The notes: generated by a model from the sequence alone, not told the origin. DNA of 64,000 bases from an uncultured Acidobacteriota bacterium (GCA_963815285.1 CAWFGB010000005.1:423919-487918), one strand, 5' to 3'. Counted from the first letter of the stretch, positions 18,142 through 27,534 are shown. Translations and numbers: made by a program.

Positions 18142-19500
18142 ATGGCTCTTCATTCAGACGCATCTCCCCCCGTGGGTGCCAGAGCGCGAGCCCATCTTGA
18201 CGTGAGCGCCACGCCACCAAGGGTGCTCGGTTTTTGGGCGGCCGTGTCGATCGTGATGGGAAACATGATCGGCTCGGGCGTGTTTCTGCTTCCCGCATCG
18301 CTGGCGGCGTACCGCGGCCTGAGCCTTGCCGGCTGGGCGGTGTCGGCCGGCGGTGCAGTGATGTTGGCGCTGGTATTCGCCCGCCTCGCGCGGCAACTGC
18401 CCGCCACCGGGGGCCTCTACGCGTATACGCGCGCAGCGTTTGGCGACTTCGCCGGTTTCTTCGTCGCCTGGGGTTACTGGTTGTCGACTGTCGGCACGCT
18501 CGCGGCGTTGGCCGTCGCTTTCGTCGGATACCTCGATCCCTTCATCCCGGCCATCGTCCGCGCGCCGGGCGCGGCGGCCGTTCTCGCCATCGCCACCGTC
18601 TGGCTCGTGGTGAGCGTTAACATCGCGGGCGTGGGGCTGGCGGGTCGTGTGCAGATCGTCACCACGGCGCTGAAGCTGCTTCCGCTGGCTGTTGTCGGCA
18701 TCGGGGGCCTGTTCTATTTTCAGGCCGACGCGTTCAGCATGCCGTCCACGGCAACAACGCCGATGGGCACGCAACTTCTCACGGTCGTCACGCTGACCTT
18801 GTGGGCCTTTCTTGGTCTCGAGACGGCGACGATCCCGGCTGGCAGCGTTCGCGATCCGGCCCGGACGATTCCCCTGGCGACGATTGTGGGGACCGTCGTC
18901 ACGGCCACCATCTACATCGTATCCACGATCGGGGTGATGAGTCTGGTCGCACCGGACGCGCTGGCGACGTCCACCGCGCCGTTTGCCGACGCCGCAGGGC
19001 GATTGTTGGGCGGCGCCGGAGGACAGATCGTCGCGGCCGGCGCGGCCATCTCGTGTTTCGGCGCGCTGAACGGCTGGACGTTGATGGCCGGTCAGCTCCC
19101 CATGGCGGCCGCGGCGGACGGGTTGTTCCCGTCGATCTTCGGCCAGCTCTCCGGACGGGGCACGCCAGCGCGCGGGATGATCGTGGCCGGCGTGCTCGCC
19201 ACGGCGCTGGTGGCGATGAATTATTCGCGCGGGCTGGTCGCGCTCTTCACGTTCATCATCCTGCTCTGCACGCTGAGCACGCTCGTGCCCTACGTGTTCT
19301 GCTCGCTGGCGGTGTGGTTGATGCCCGGTCACCCGGCGCCGCGTGGTGCGGCGGCCGTCGTGAGCGTGCTCGCGTTCGTGTACGCGATGTTTGCGATTGG
19401 CGGGGCCGGCGCGGAAACGGTGTTTTACGGATTCCTTCTCCTGCTTGCCGGACTCCCCGTCTATGTCTGGTTGCGCCGCACGGCGATGGCTCCTGGATGA
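18142..19500 (+). CDS. APC-superfamily amino acid permease (basic amino acid/polyamine antiporter-like)
   Basis: 452 aa and about 12 TM helices. The N-terminal motif is VSIVMGNMIGSGVFLLPASLA. Confidence 0.9.
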   Translation: MALHSDASPPVGARARAHLDVSATPPRVLGFWAAVSIVMGNMIGSGVFLLPASLAAYRGLSLAGWAVSAGGAVMLALVFARLARQLPATGGLYAYTRAAFGDFAGFFVAWGYWLSTVGTLAALAVAFVGYLDPFIPAIVRAPGAAAVLAIATVWLVVSVNIAGVGLAGRVQIVTTALKLLPLAVVGIGGLFYFQADAFSMPSTATTPMGTQLLTVVTLTLWAFLGLETATIPAGSVRDPARTIPLATIVGTVVTATIYIVSTIGVMSLVAPDALATSTAPFADAAGRLLGGAGGQIVAAGAAISCFGALNGWTLMAGQLPMAAAADGLFPSIFGQLSGRGTPARGMIVAGVLATALVAMNYSRGLVALFTFIILLCTLSTLVPYVFCSLAVWLMPGHPAPRGAAAVVSVLAFVYAMFAIGGAGAETVFYGFLLLLAGLPVYVWLRRTAMAPG

Positions 19501-20360
19501 CGGCCTGCAACGAGTACGGTCGCTTGTCGCGGGTGTTACTCCGGCCCGCGCACGTGGCCTTTGCCGGAGACCGCATCGAGCAGCAGTGGCGTTCGCTCAA
19601 CTTCGTCGCGCCGCCGGATCTCGGACGGGCACTGGCGGAGTATGCGGCCTTCGAGGCGCTGATTTCGGCAACTGGTGCACAAATAGAGGAGTTGGCGAAC
19701 GAAGACGAACTGACCCTCGACGCCATCTACGTCCGCGACGCGTCGGTCGTCTCACCGCGCGGGATCATCGCCTGCCGGATGGGCAAGCCGCAGCGGACAC
19801 AGGAACCGGCGGCTCAGCGGCGGAGGTTCGAAGCCCTCGGCCTCCCGATTGCCGGGAGCATCGAGCCACCCGGACAGCTCGAGGGCGGGGATGTCGTCTG
19901 GTTCGACGATCGCACGGTGGTGGTCGGACGCGGTTACCGGACAAACGACGCCGGCATCGCACAGTTCCGGGCGCTCGTGGGAGAGCACGTTGACGTTGTG
20001 GTGGTCCCGTTGCCGCATTACCACGGCCCGGATGACGTGTTTCACCTGATGTCGGTGCTGAGCCCGGTCGATCGCGACCTCGCGGTGGTGCATTCGCCGC
20101 TGCTGCCGGTGCCATTTCGGGAATGGCTGATCGACCGTGGCATCCGCTTCGTCGAGGTCCCAGCGCAGGAGTTCGAGGCGATGGGGACGAACGTGCTTGC
20201 GCTTGGCCCGCGACGCTGCGTGATGTTGAACGGCGCCCCGGTCACGCGCAGCCGACTCGAAGCCGCGGGAGCCGAAGTGTGGACGTACGACGGATCGGAG
20301 ATCAGCGTCAAGGGCGGCGGCGGGCCGACCTGTCTGACGCGCCCGCTCACTCGCGAATGA
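19497..20360 (+). CDS. Dimethylarginine dimethylaminohydrolase/amidinotransferase-superfamily enzyme
   Basis: It starts at the ATG in an ATGA overlap with the permease stop. The C-terminal GGGGPTCLTRPL carries the catalytic-Cys signature of guanidino-modifying enzymes. The track ORF 18801..20360 is an upstream out-of-frame extension of this gene. Confidence 0.85.
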   Translation: MTACNEYGRLSRVLLRPAHVAFAGDRIEQQWRSLNFVAPPDLGRALAEYAAFEALISATGAQIEELANEDELTLDAIYVRDASVVSPRGIIACRMGKPQRTQEPAAQRRRFEALGLPIAGSIEPPGQLEGGDVVWFDDRTVVVGRGYRTNDAGIAQFRALVGEHVDVVVVPLPHYHGPDDVFHLMSVLSPVDRDLAVVHSPLLPVPFREWLIDRGIRFVEVPAQEFEAMGTNVLALGPRRCVMLNGAPVTRSRLEAAGAEVWTYDGSEISVKGGGGPTCLTRPLTRE

Positions 20361-20398
20361 AGTCAGCAAACTCCGCAGCTGACGCCCAGGTCCGGGCA

Positions 20399-21067
20399 TC
20401 AGCCCTCGAGAAATTCAGCCGGCAGCGGCAGCCATTTGTCGCGTCCGAGGTAGTGCCGCCATGGCTTAACATCGTGCGCCTTGCGATACGCAACGTAGTA
20501 CCGTTTCAACGAGCGATAGCGGTCCGTCGACGTCCTGATTCTCCGATGCGGCCAATCGATCAGGAGTTGTTCGACCTTCCACACGTTGCGGTTCGAGAAC
20601 CGCCAATCGTAGGTCCTGAGCCCCTCGTCGAGATTGGCCACTCCATACCCGCGCACGCGCCCGGAGTAATCGACATATCCCTCAACGTAGCTGAGGGCCA
20701 CGTCGCGAGGGGACCGAAAGACGGGCTTTCGCCCGTGCAGCCCCGGATCGCGAGAGCGTGCGATGGCGCCCCACTTGCCGCGCGCCTGATACAAGAACAC
20801 GACGTGGTCGAGCCAGTCCTGAGACTCGATGCTCATCACGATTGGCGGATACCCGTGTTGCTCGAGAATCACGGCGGCGGCCAGACACGCCTCCAGGCAA
20901 TGCGCCTGACCGGCGCGCAGCACCCCGCGGAACGTCCGCAGCGTTTCGCCGCGCTCTTCCGTGTTGTACGGCAACGCGTTCAGCCACAGTTGCACCTTGC
21001 GTGGAGTGTTCAGCCTCTGAATGAGCCGCCATTCGGCTCTGGTGAAGGCCTGACGTGGCGGCCTCAT
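20399..21067 (-). CDS. Conserved hypothetical protein, possibly with a transglutaminase/papain-like Cys-His fold
   Basis: 222-aa ORF whose start overlaps the SCO stop (ATGA). AHCLEACLAAAVILE and LDHVVFLY resemble a Cys...His catalytic arrangement, but the function is inferred only. Confidence 0.55.
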   Translation of the reverse strand: MRPPRQAFTRAEWRLIQRLNTPRKVQLWLNALPYNTEERGETLRTFRGVLRAGQAHCLEACLAAAVILEQHGYPPIVMSIESQDWLDHVVFLYQARGKWGAIARSRDPGLHGRKPVFRSPRDVALSYVEGYVDYSGRVRGYGVANLDEGLRTYDWRFSNRNVWKVEQLLIDWPHRRIRTSTDRYRSLKRYYVAYRKAHDVKPWRHYLGRDKWLPLPAEFLEG

Positions 21068-21915
21068 CGCGCGAGGGCGCGCCGCAGATCGTCGGCAATC
21101 TGCGCGGCAGTCCAGTCACTGCCGTCGTGGACGCTGACGACCCGTAGGTCGGGGCCAATCACGGCCGTGCGCATGTTGTGCGTGATCGTCGCGTCTGCCT
21201 CGCGGATGACGCTGAGACCGAACGTCGCGGCGAATCGATCGACGATGTCACGCGGGGCGGTGGCGAAGCGCCAGACTGCCAGGTCGGCGTCCAGCTTCTC
21301 GGCGTGCGCCCGCAGCCGCGCCGGCGTGTCGGCGTCCGGATCAAAGCTCACCGACAGCAAGCGGGCGCGCCCGCGCAGTGCGACGTCATCGGCAATGAGT
21401 CGCTGGACTTCCGCGAATCGTCGATCGAGCAGAGGACAGAACTGTGGCAGCGGGCAGCGCACGTAAATGAACGTGATGGCCACCGCCGAACCTCGCCAGT
21501 CAGCGAGCGACAACGGGCGGCCGGTTTGATCGATCAGGCCGGAGTCGGGCGCGAGATCGCCGGGTTTGAGCGGCGCCACAAAGGACGCCGGTGGAATGGT
21601 CGCGATCTCCTCGAGCGTGGAGGTGCCGGTTTTCACGAGCGACGCAATCCAGGCTTCCGTGTCGGCAACCATCAGCGTTGCTGTGACCAGATCGCCGGGT
21701 CCCCTGTCCTCCAACAGCGCCGCGTCGCGGACTTTGAACGGCATGGTCATGCCGGGCATGAACCCCTTGATGTCGCCGTGTTTGATGAGGATCTCCTGTT
21801 GTTGGGGGCGAATCGCGAGGATCTGTCCTTGCAGTTCATACTGTCGAGGTGCGGAGGGTGGCGGCGAACACGCCTGCAGCAGCAGCGCCAGGGCGAGGGC
21901 AGCCACGACGACCAT
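21064..21915 (-). CDS. SCO1/SenC-family copper chaperone fused to an N-terminal CusF/YtkA-like copper-binding domain; lipoprotein
   Basis: The lipobox is LLLQAC. ILIKHGDIKGFMPGMTMPFKV is a Met-rich CusF-like motif. FIYVRCPLPQFCPLL carries the CxxxC motif of SCO. Confidence 0.85.
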   Translation of the reverse strand: MVVVAALALALLLQACSPPPSAPRQYELQGQILAIRPQQQEILIKHGDIKGFMPGMTMPFKVRDAALLEDRGPGDLVTATLMVADTEAWIASLVKTGTSTLEEIATIPPASFVAPLKPGDLAPDSGLIDQTGRPLSLADWRGSAVAITFIYVRCPLPQFCPLLDRRFAEVQRLIADDVALRGRARLLSVSFDPDADTPARLRAHAEKLDADLAVWRFATAPRDIVDRFAATFGLSVIREADATITHNMRTAVIGPDLRVVSVHDGSDWTAAQIADDLRRALAR

Positions 21916-22146
21916 GACTCGACTCTAGCATGCAGGCCGGACGGCTTTGCTTTATACTCGCCCGTTACAGCGGAACTCGGCTCGCTTCTCGACGGCGGGC
22001 CGGATTCCGACGCCCGCAGGTTACGTGTTTCGGAACCGCAGTGTCCCCGAAGGCCGTCAGTTGCGAGCGCTTCACCGGTGTCCGGTCGCTCGCGCGCCGA
22101 CCGCGTCATCGTCCACGAGAGCAGCGCGCGAGAGGGTCTCGCAGCG

Positions 22147-22488
22147 ATGGGCCGCAGATTGTACGTGGGCAACCTACCTTACAAGTGCACGGACGAAGAG
22201 CTCACCGAGTTGTTCAGCCGTGCGGGAACCGTCGACAACGTTCGCGTAATGCGCGATCAGGCCACGGGCCGCGCGCGGGGGTTCGCGTTTGTCGAGATGG
22301 CATCTGACGACGATGCGCAACGGGCAATCAACGAACTGCACCAGTTCCAGATGGAGGGCCGCGCGCTGGTCGTGAACGAGGCCCGGCCCAAGCCGGCTGG
22401 CGGCGGCGACTTCGGCGGCGGTGGTGGTGGCGGCCGCGGTGGCGGCGGTTACGGCGGCGGCGGCGGACGGCGCGAGCCGCGCTGGTAG
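22147..22488 (+). CDS. RRM-type RNA-binding protein with a glycine-rich tail
   Basis: MGRRLYVGNLPYKCTDEELTELF carries RNP2 and RGFAFVEM carries RNP1. The tail is GGGDFGGGGGGGRGGGGYGGGGG. Only the last 113 codons of track ORF 21178..22488 are credible. Confidence 0.9.
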   Translation: MGRRLYVGNLPYKCTDEELTELFSRAGTVDNVRVMRDQATGRARGFAFVEMASDDDAQRAINELHQFQMEGRALVVNEARPKPAGGGDFGGGGGGGRGGGGYGGGGGRREPRW

Positions 22489-22500
22489 GCCGCTTCACAA

Positions 22501-22565
22501 AGTTCAAAACCGCAACGAACCCTCAGTTCAAAACCCTGAGTTCTAGCGAACCAGAGTTTTGAACT
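22501..22565 (+). repeat. AGTTCAAAAC direct repeat (x2) plus its inverted copy GTTTTGAACT, forming a 10-bp hairpin that may terminate the RRM gene
   Basis: agttcaaaac occurs at 22501 and 22525, and gttttgaact at 22556. Between them lie GAACC-core units (gcaacgaaccctc, tagcgaaccagag). Confidence 0.55.
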
Positions 22566-22572
22566 CGAGTCG

Positions 22573-23319
22573 GTGGCAGTTGGGAAACTGCCGCCGCTCC
22601 TGATAACGTGTCGGCCCGTGGTGTATATCGGCACGTCCGGCTACAACTACCCGGAGTGGAAGGGCAACTTCTACCCTGAAAATCTCCCGGCGTCGAAGAT
22701 GCTGCCGTACTACGGCGAGCGCTTTTCGACCGTGGAGATCAACTACACGTTCTACCGCATGCCGACGGCCAAGCTCGTGACTGGCTGGGCGGCACAGGTT
22801 CCGCCCTCGTTCAGGTTCACCTTGAAGGCCCCGAAGCGCATCACGCACGACCGCAAGTTGCGTGATGTGGCCGACATGGTAAGCGCCTTCTGCGAGGCCG
22901 CCGCGGAACTCGGGCCGCAGTTGGGCGCGCTGTTGTTCCAGCTCGCCCCGTCGTTCAAGAAGGACCTGGGCGTACTCGACGACTTTCTCGCAGTACTGCC
23001 GCCTCGGCTCTGCGCCGCGTTCGAGTTCCGCCACGATTCCTGGCTGGACGACGCGGTGTACGCGCGCCTGCGCGAGCGCAATCTCGCCTTGTGCATCGCC
23101 GACAGCGAAACCCGATCGACCCCCGTGATGACCACGGCGGATTACGCCTACCTGCGCCTGCGCGATGAGGGCTATACCGAGCAGCACATCGGCGAGTGGG
23201 CCGACCGAGTACGCGATCTCGCCTCACAGTGCCGCGACGTCTTCGTGTACTTCAAGCACGAGGATGAGGGCAAAGGACCCGAGTTCGGTCGGATGCTCAA
23301 GGCGCGGCTGGACACTTAG
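22573..23319 (+). CDS. DUF72 family protein
   Basis: VYIGTSGYNYPEWKGNFYPENL and the later FEFRHDSW are typical of DUF72. The true start may be a GTG near 22615. Confidence 0.85.
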   Translation: MAVGKLPPLLITCRPVVYIGTSGYNYPEWKGNFYPENLPASKMLPYYGERFSTVEINYTFYRMPTAKLVTGWAAQVPPSFRFTLKAPKRITHDRKLRDVADMVSAFCEAAAELGPQLGALLFQLAPSFKKDLGVLDDFLAVLPPRLCAAFEFRHDSWLDDAVYARLRERNLALCIADSETRSTPVMTTADYAYLRLRDEGYTEQHIGEWADRVRDLASQCRDVFVYFKHEDEGKGPEFGRMLKARLDT

Positions 23320-23338
23320 GGGCAGGTCTGTCGAGTGT

Positions 23339-24343
23339 CTATGCCCCCACCGGGCAAGTCACGGTGCGGTCGATGAAGTCGACGACCACCCGCTCAGCCC
23401 AGTAGCCATCATCGCTTACCGACTCTCGACCGTCGTCACTGACGAAGCCGCAGTGTCCCCCGTGTGGTGTGATGACGGTGGTGATGTGCGGATTGCCCGT
23501 GACCTTCGGGTCGCGGAAGGGATCCGGCGGCACGAACGGGTCGTCAGCGGCGGTCACAATCAGCGCGGGGATCGCGACTCGATCGATCACGCGCATGGCG
23601 CTCGCCCGATAGTAGTAGTCGCCGGCATCCCTGAAGCCGTGATGCGGGGCGGTGTAGCGGTCGTCAAACTGGCGAATCGACCACACCTTCCAGAGACCGG
23701 CGGTGTCGTAGTGGCCGGGCCACGCTCGTGCCTTGCGACGCATACGCGCCTGCAGATTGCGGCAGAAGTTCCACTCGTAGAGGCGGTTCTCAGGGCGTTC
23801 GATGGCGCGGACGCACGACTCGAGCTCAATCACGGGCGACACCGCCGCGACCGCCGCCAGCTCGCGCGGCGCGTCGGTGCCGAGCTCGCCAGCCAGCTTC
23901 AACGCGAGGTTGCCGCCGAGTGAGTAGCCGGCAAAGGCGAGGCATTTCAGCCCGTCGGCGCTGATGAGCTCGCGGAGCACGTGCAGCGGATCGACCGTTA
24001 GTCCGGAGTGGTAGAGACCGGCGGACAAATGCTCGGTGCCGCCGCAGTTGCGCTGGTTCAGCCGGACGACGTTGAAGCCACGCGCCCACGCTTTCGACGC
24101 GATGCCGCGCATGTAATGCGCATCGCTCGAACCCTCGAGACCGTGCAGGGCAATCATCGTGGGCCGTGCGCGCCGATCCGGATGCCAGTGACAATGCGCA
24201 AGCACGCGGGCGTCGTGAGCGACATCGAAATAGCGCGTCTCGGGATGAGGCAGCTCCGGAAACGCGCGGCGCCTCGCCCACGCGTAGAGGGTCATCTTGT
24301 GGCTGCCAGCCCAGCGTGACAGCGGAACGAACTCGGAGATCAC
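23339..24343 (-). CDS. Alpha/beta-fold hydrolase (YheT/ABHD-like)
   Basis: HGLEGSSDAHYMRG, the nucleophile elbow GYSLGGN, and the C-terminal HGGHCGF. Confidence 0.85.
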   Translation of the reverse strand: MISEFVPLSRWAGSHKMTLYAWARRRAFPELPHPETRYFDVAHDARVLAHCHWHPDRRARPTMIALHGLEGSSDAHYMRGIASKAWARGFNVVRLNQRNCGGTEHLSAGLYHSGLTVDPLHVLRELISADGLKCLAFAGYSLGGNLALKLAGELGTDAPRELAAVAAVSPVIELESCVRAIERPENRLYEWNFCRNLQARMRRKARAWPGHYDTAGLWKVWSIRQFDDRYTAPHHGFRDAGDYYYRASAMRVIDRVAIPALIVTAADDPFVPPDPFRDPKVTGNPHITTVITPHGGHCGFVSDDGRESVSDDGYWAERVVVDFIDRTVTCPVGA

Positions 24344-24428
24344 CTTTAGTAGACTTTAGCAGGCGCCGGACTCCACACGCCAGACACCGCACTTCAGGCG
24401 TGCCGGTCCGGGCCTACGGAGGTTCATC

Positions 24429-26033
24429 ATGTTCGTTCGCGCTCTTTCCGCCCTCCTGGTGGCTCTCTTCCTCGGCCCCAACCTCGTGGCGCAATCTCCT
24501 GATCAGCGCCTCGACGCGCTGAAGAAGGATGCAATCGCGAAAATTGAGGCGCGAGCGAAGCTCGCGCAGGAAATGGTCGATTCGGTCTTCAGCTTCGGCG
24601 AGCTCGGATTCCAGGAAATCGAGACGTCACGTTATCTGACGGAGATTCTCGAAAAGCACGGATTCGCTGTGCAACGAGGCGTGTCGGGGATCCCTACCGC
24701 CTGGTTTGCCCGTTGGGGCTCGGGCAAGCCCGTGATCGCACTGGGCTCTGACATCGATGGCATCCCGCAGGCCTCCCAGAAACCTGGTGTGGCCTATCAC
24801 GATCCCATCATCCCGGGCGCCCCGGGCCACGGCGAAGGCCACAACTCCGGCGTGCCGCTCAACATCGTGGCGGCGATCGCCGTCAAGGAGATCATGGAGC
24901 GCGAGAAGCTTCCGGGCACCCTCGTGCTGTGGCCTGGTGTGGCCGAAGAGCTCGTCGCGTCCAAAGCATGGTTCGTGCGCGATGGTCTGTTCAAGGATGT
25001 GGATGTCTCACTCTTCACGCACGTCGGCAATAACCTGGAAGTGTCCTGGGGCGACGCCAGCGGCACCGGGCTGGTGTCAATCGAATACACGTTCGAAGGC
25101 GAGAGCGCACACAGCGCCGGGGCTCCGTGGCGTGGGCGCTCGGCCCTCGACGCGGTCGAGCTGATGAACGCCGGCTGGAATTACCGCCGGGAGCATCTGC
25201 GCCTGCCCCATCGGTCACACTACGTCATCACCGATGGCGGCGATCAGCCCAACGTCGTCCCACGCATGGCGAGCGTCTGGTACTACTTCCGGGAGATCGA
25301 CTACGCCCACATCAAGGAACTACTCGAGATCGCCAGCAAGATGGCCGACGGCGCTGCGCTCATGACCAACACCAAGTGGAACTCGCGGATCCTCGGCACC
25401 GCCTGGCCCCGGCACTTCAACAAGACCATCGCCGAGGCGACCTTCGAGAACATCAAGCAAGTCGGGCTGCCGACCTGGAGCGACGCCGATCAGCAGCTGG
25501 CGATGGCCCTGCAGAAAGAACTGGGCAACGAGAAGCAGCCCGGGCTCGCCACCAAGATCGACGACCTCGGCAAGCCGGTCCCCGTCGCCGAAAATACCGG
25601 AGGCGGCTCAGACGACATCGGCGACATCTCGTGGACGGTGCCGACGATTACCCTTCGATACCCGTCGAACATCCCGGGACTCCCCGGACACAACTGGTCC
25701 AGCGCCATTGCCATGGCCACCCCGATCGCACACAAAGGCGTTGTTGCCGGGGCGAAGGTGCAGGCGATGACAATCCTCGATCTGGTGACGAAGCCAGAAC
25801 TCGTCAAGCAGGCGTGGGAGTACTTCAACACAGTTCAGACGAAGGAGCAGAAGTACGTGCCCTTCATCGACAAAGCGACGCCGCCACCCACGCACCTGAA
25901 CGAGGCCATCCTCGCCAAGTACCGGCCGGAGATGAAGAAGTACTACTACGACCCGAGCAAGTATCCGACCTACCTGGATCAGCTCGGCATCAAGTACCCG
26001 ACGGTCAGGACGACGCCAACGCAGGAGCCATAA
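24429..26033 (+). CDS. Secreted M20-family amidohydrolase (AbgB/aminobenzoyl-glutamate hydrolase subunit B-like)
   Basis: Signal peptide MFVRALSALLVALFLGPNLVAQ, then FGELGFQEIETS, GSDIDGIPQASQ and PGHGEGHNSG. GGAGG lies 7 nt before the ATG. Confidence 0.85.
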   Translation: MFVRALSALLVALFLGPNLVAQSPDQRLDALKKDAIAKIEARAKLAQEMVDSVFSFGELGFQEIETSRYLTEILEKHGFAVQRGVSGIPTAWFARWGSGKPVIALGSDIDGIPQASQKPGVAYHDPIIPGAPGHGEGHNSGVPLNIVAAIAVKEIMEREKLPGTLVLWPGVAEELVASKAWFVRDGLFKDVDVSLFTHVGNNLEVSWGDASGTGLVSIEYTFEGESAHSAGAPWRGRSALDAVELMNAGWNYRREHLRLPHRSHYVITDGGDQPNVVPRMASVWYYFREIDYAHIKELLEIASKMADGAALMTNTKWNSRILGTAWPRHFNKTIAEATFENIKQVGLPTWSDADQQLAMALQKELGNEKQPGLATKIDDLGKPVPVAENTGGGSDDIGDISWTVPTITLRYPSNIPGLPGHNWSSAIAMATPIAHKGVVAGAKVQAMTILDLVTKPELVKQAWEYFNTVQTKEQKYVPFIDKATPPPTHLNEAILAKYRPEMKKYYYDPSKYPTYLDQLGIKYPTVRTTPTQEP

Positions 26034-26034
26034 C

Positions 26035-26097
26035 CACGAAGGACAGGAAGTGCTTTGTGCCCTTCGTGTTCTTCGTGTTCTTCGTGCTCTGCGTGTT
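26035..26097. repeat. Hairpin CACGAAGG...CCTTCGTG followed by 4 tandem CTTCGTGTT nonamers between convergent genes
   Basis: Read directly. The last unit overlaps the stop codon of the minus-strand aminotransferase gene. Confidence 0.7.
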
Positions 26098-27373
26098 AGA
26101 CGCCGGAGCGGCTGTAGCGCGTGAGCGCGCCGAGCAGCCGGTCGATCTCGGCGGGCGTGTTGTAGAAGTGTGGTGAGACACGGACGCCATTGCGGCCCTG
26201 GCCGCCGCCGGTCGTGACGGCGATCTTGTCGTTCTGGTAGAGCGCCGCGACCAGTTTGCGCCCATCGAGGCTCCCCGGGGCGAAGGTCACGACGGCGCCC
26301 GTCCGGTCGGGCTCGTACGATGTGAACGACTTGAACCCCTCCAGTTTGCGCAGCCCCGCCAGCAACTGCTGGGTGAGCGCCTTACTGCGCTCCTCGATCG
26401 CCTTGCGGCCAATCTTCGTTTGAAACCTAAGCGCCTCGGCAAACGCGATCATCGTGGCCTCGTCGCGCTGGCCGAAGGCTTCCAGGCGGCGGGAGATGCC
26501 GACCGCGCCCGGATACGCGCTGTACGATGTCGGCCAGATGCGATCGTGCACGCGAGCGTTGACGAACAACACCCCGCACTCGCGCGCGCCGCACGGCCAC
26601 TTGTGCGCGCTGCCCGAATAGAAATCCGGATCGATGTCGCGCAAGTTGACGTCGAAGAGCCCAAAAGTCTGGGCGCCATCGACGAGCGTCAGCACGCCTC
26701 GGGCACGAGCGGCGGCGCAGATCTCCTTGGCCGGGAACAGATCGCCGACCGTGTTGGTGAAATGCGTGAAGGCGAGCACCTTGGTCTCGGCGGTCAGCGC
26801 GTTCGTGAAGGCGTCGATGTAGTAGGCGGCGCCCGGATGCGGGTTCTTCTGCTCGACGACGCGCACCGTGTAGCCGAAGCGTTTGGATTTCTCCTGCCAC
26901 GCCTGGTTGTTGCTGGGATGATTGTCGGCGAAGATCACCACCTCATCGCCGGCCTTCAGTTCCAGCCCGTTGGAGACGAGGTTGTTCGATTCGCTGGTGT
27001 TGCGAGTGATGACAATCTCTTCCGGCGTCACGCGCAGAAACTCGGCGAGCACCTTGCGCGTGTCCTCGCGCGCGCCGGAGAGCCGCGCCCGATTCTGCGG
27101 CGAGGGATTGCGATCGATATCGTCGGTTTCGCGCGTCAGCGTGCGTAGCGCGGGCCCGGAGGCCGGACACAGGTTGGCCGCGTTCATGACGGCGAGATCC
27201 GGCGGCATCACGAACTGTGCGCGCACCGCCGTCCAAAAGGCCTCGCCGGCGGCCGGACCCGCGGCGGGCAGCGCCGGCGCTGGCCCCTGCGCCCATGCGG
27301 GATGGGCCAGCAGCGCCGCTGAGCCGCCGGCCATGAAGAGACGGGTGAAGTCGCGGCGAGAGACAAACGACAT
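26096..27373 (-). CDS. Class-V-fold PLP-dependent enzyme (cysteine desulfurase/isopenicillin-N epimerase-like) with a twin-arginine signal
   Basis: MSFVSRRDFTRLFMAGGSAALLAHPAWAQ is a Tat motif (RRDF). FTHFTNTVG, DGAQTFG and SGSAHKW (PLP Lys) match the class V fold. Confidence 0.85.
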   Translation of the reverse strand: MSFVSRRDFTRLFMAGGSAALLAHPAWAQGPAPALPAAGPAAGEAFWTAVRAQFVMPPDLAVMNAANLCPASGPALRTLTRETDDIDRNPSPQNRARLSGAREDTRKVLAEFLRVTPEEIVITRNTSESNNLVSNGLELKAGDEVVIFADNHPSNNQAWQEKSKRFGYTVRVVEQKNPHPGAAYYIDAFTNALTAETKVLAFTHFTNTVGDLFPAKEICAAARARGVLTLVDGAQTFGLFDVNLRDIDPDFYSGSAHKWPCGARECGVLFVNARVHDRIWPTSYSAYPGAVGISRRLEAFGQRDEATMIAFAEALRFQTKIGRKAIEERSKALTQQLLAGLRKLEGFKSFTSYEPDRTGAVVTFAPGSLDGRKLVAALYQNDKIAVTTGGGQGRNGVRVSPHFYNTPAEIDRLLGALTRYSRSGV

Positions 27374-27507
27374 ACGAGCCTCCGGTGGGCGCAGTATACA
27401 GCTTCCCGCTCCCAGGCTTTCCCCGGGTTCTCTCTACTCGGTTCCCGTGAGAGTTCCCATCACGGCGTTCACCGCGTCTGCGCTCTGTGATCCCGCTTGA
27501 CTTCTGA

Positions 27508-27534
27508 TCTACTAAATACTAAATAGTTAGTAGA
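27508..27534 (+). promoter_or_regulatory. Candidate BlaI-type operator: the inverted repeat TCTACTAA-N11-TTAGTAGA abutting the blaI-like start codon
   Basis: 8-bp perfect arms at 27508-27515 and 27527-27534 in an unusually AT-rich island. TTGACT (27497-27502) plus 17 nt plus TAAATA (27520-27525) could be the promoter. Confidence 0.4.

Noticed and set aside
18154-19332. 392-aa minus-strand ORF
   Set aside because: It is antisense to the APC permease. The sequence is extremely Arg/Gly/Asp/His-rich, whereas the permease strand shows 12 TM helices.
22556-22566. The exact 11-mer GTTTTGAACTC, also at 61713-61723, both upstream of plus-strand genes
   Set aside because: Two occurrences in 64 kb of a short AT-richer word are not enough to claim a regulatory motif. 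The first copy is already explained as one arm of a hairpin.
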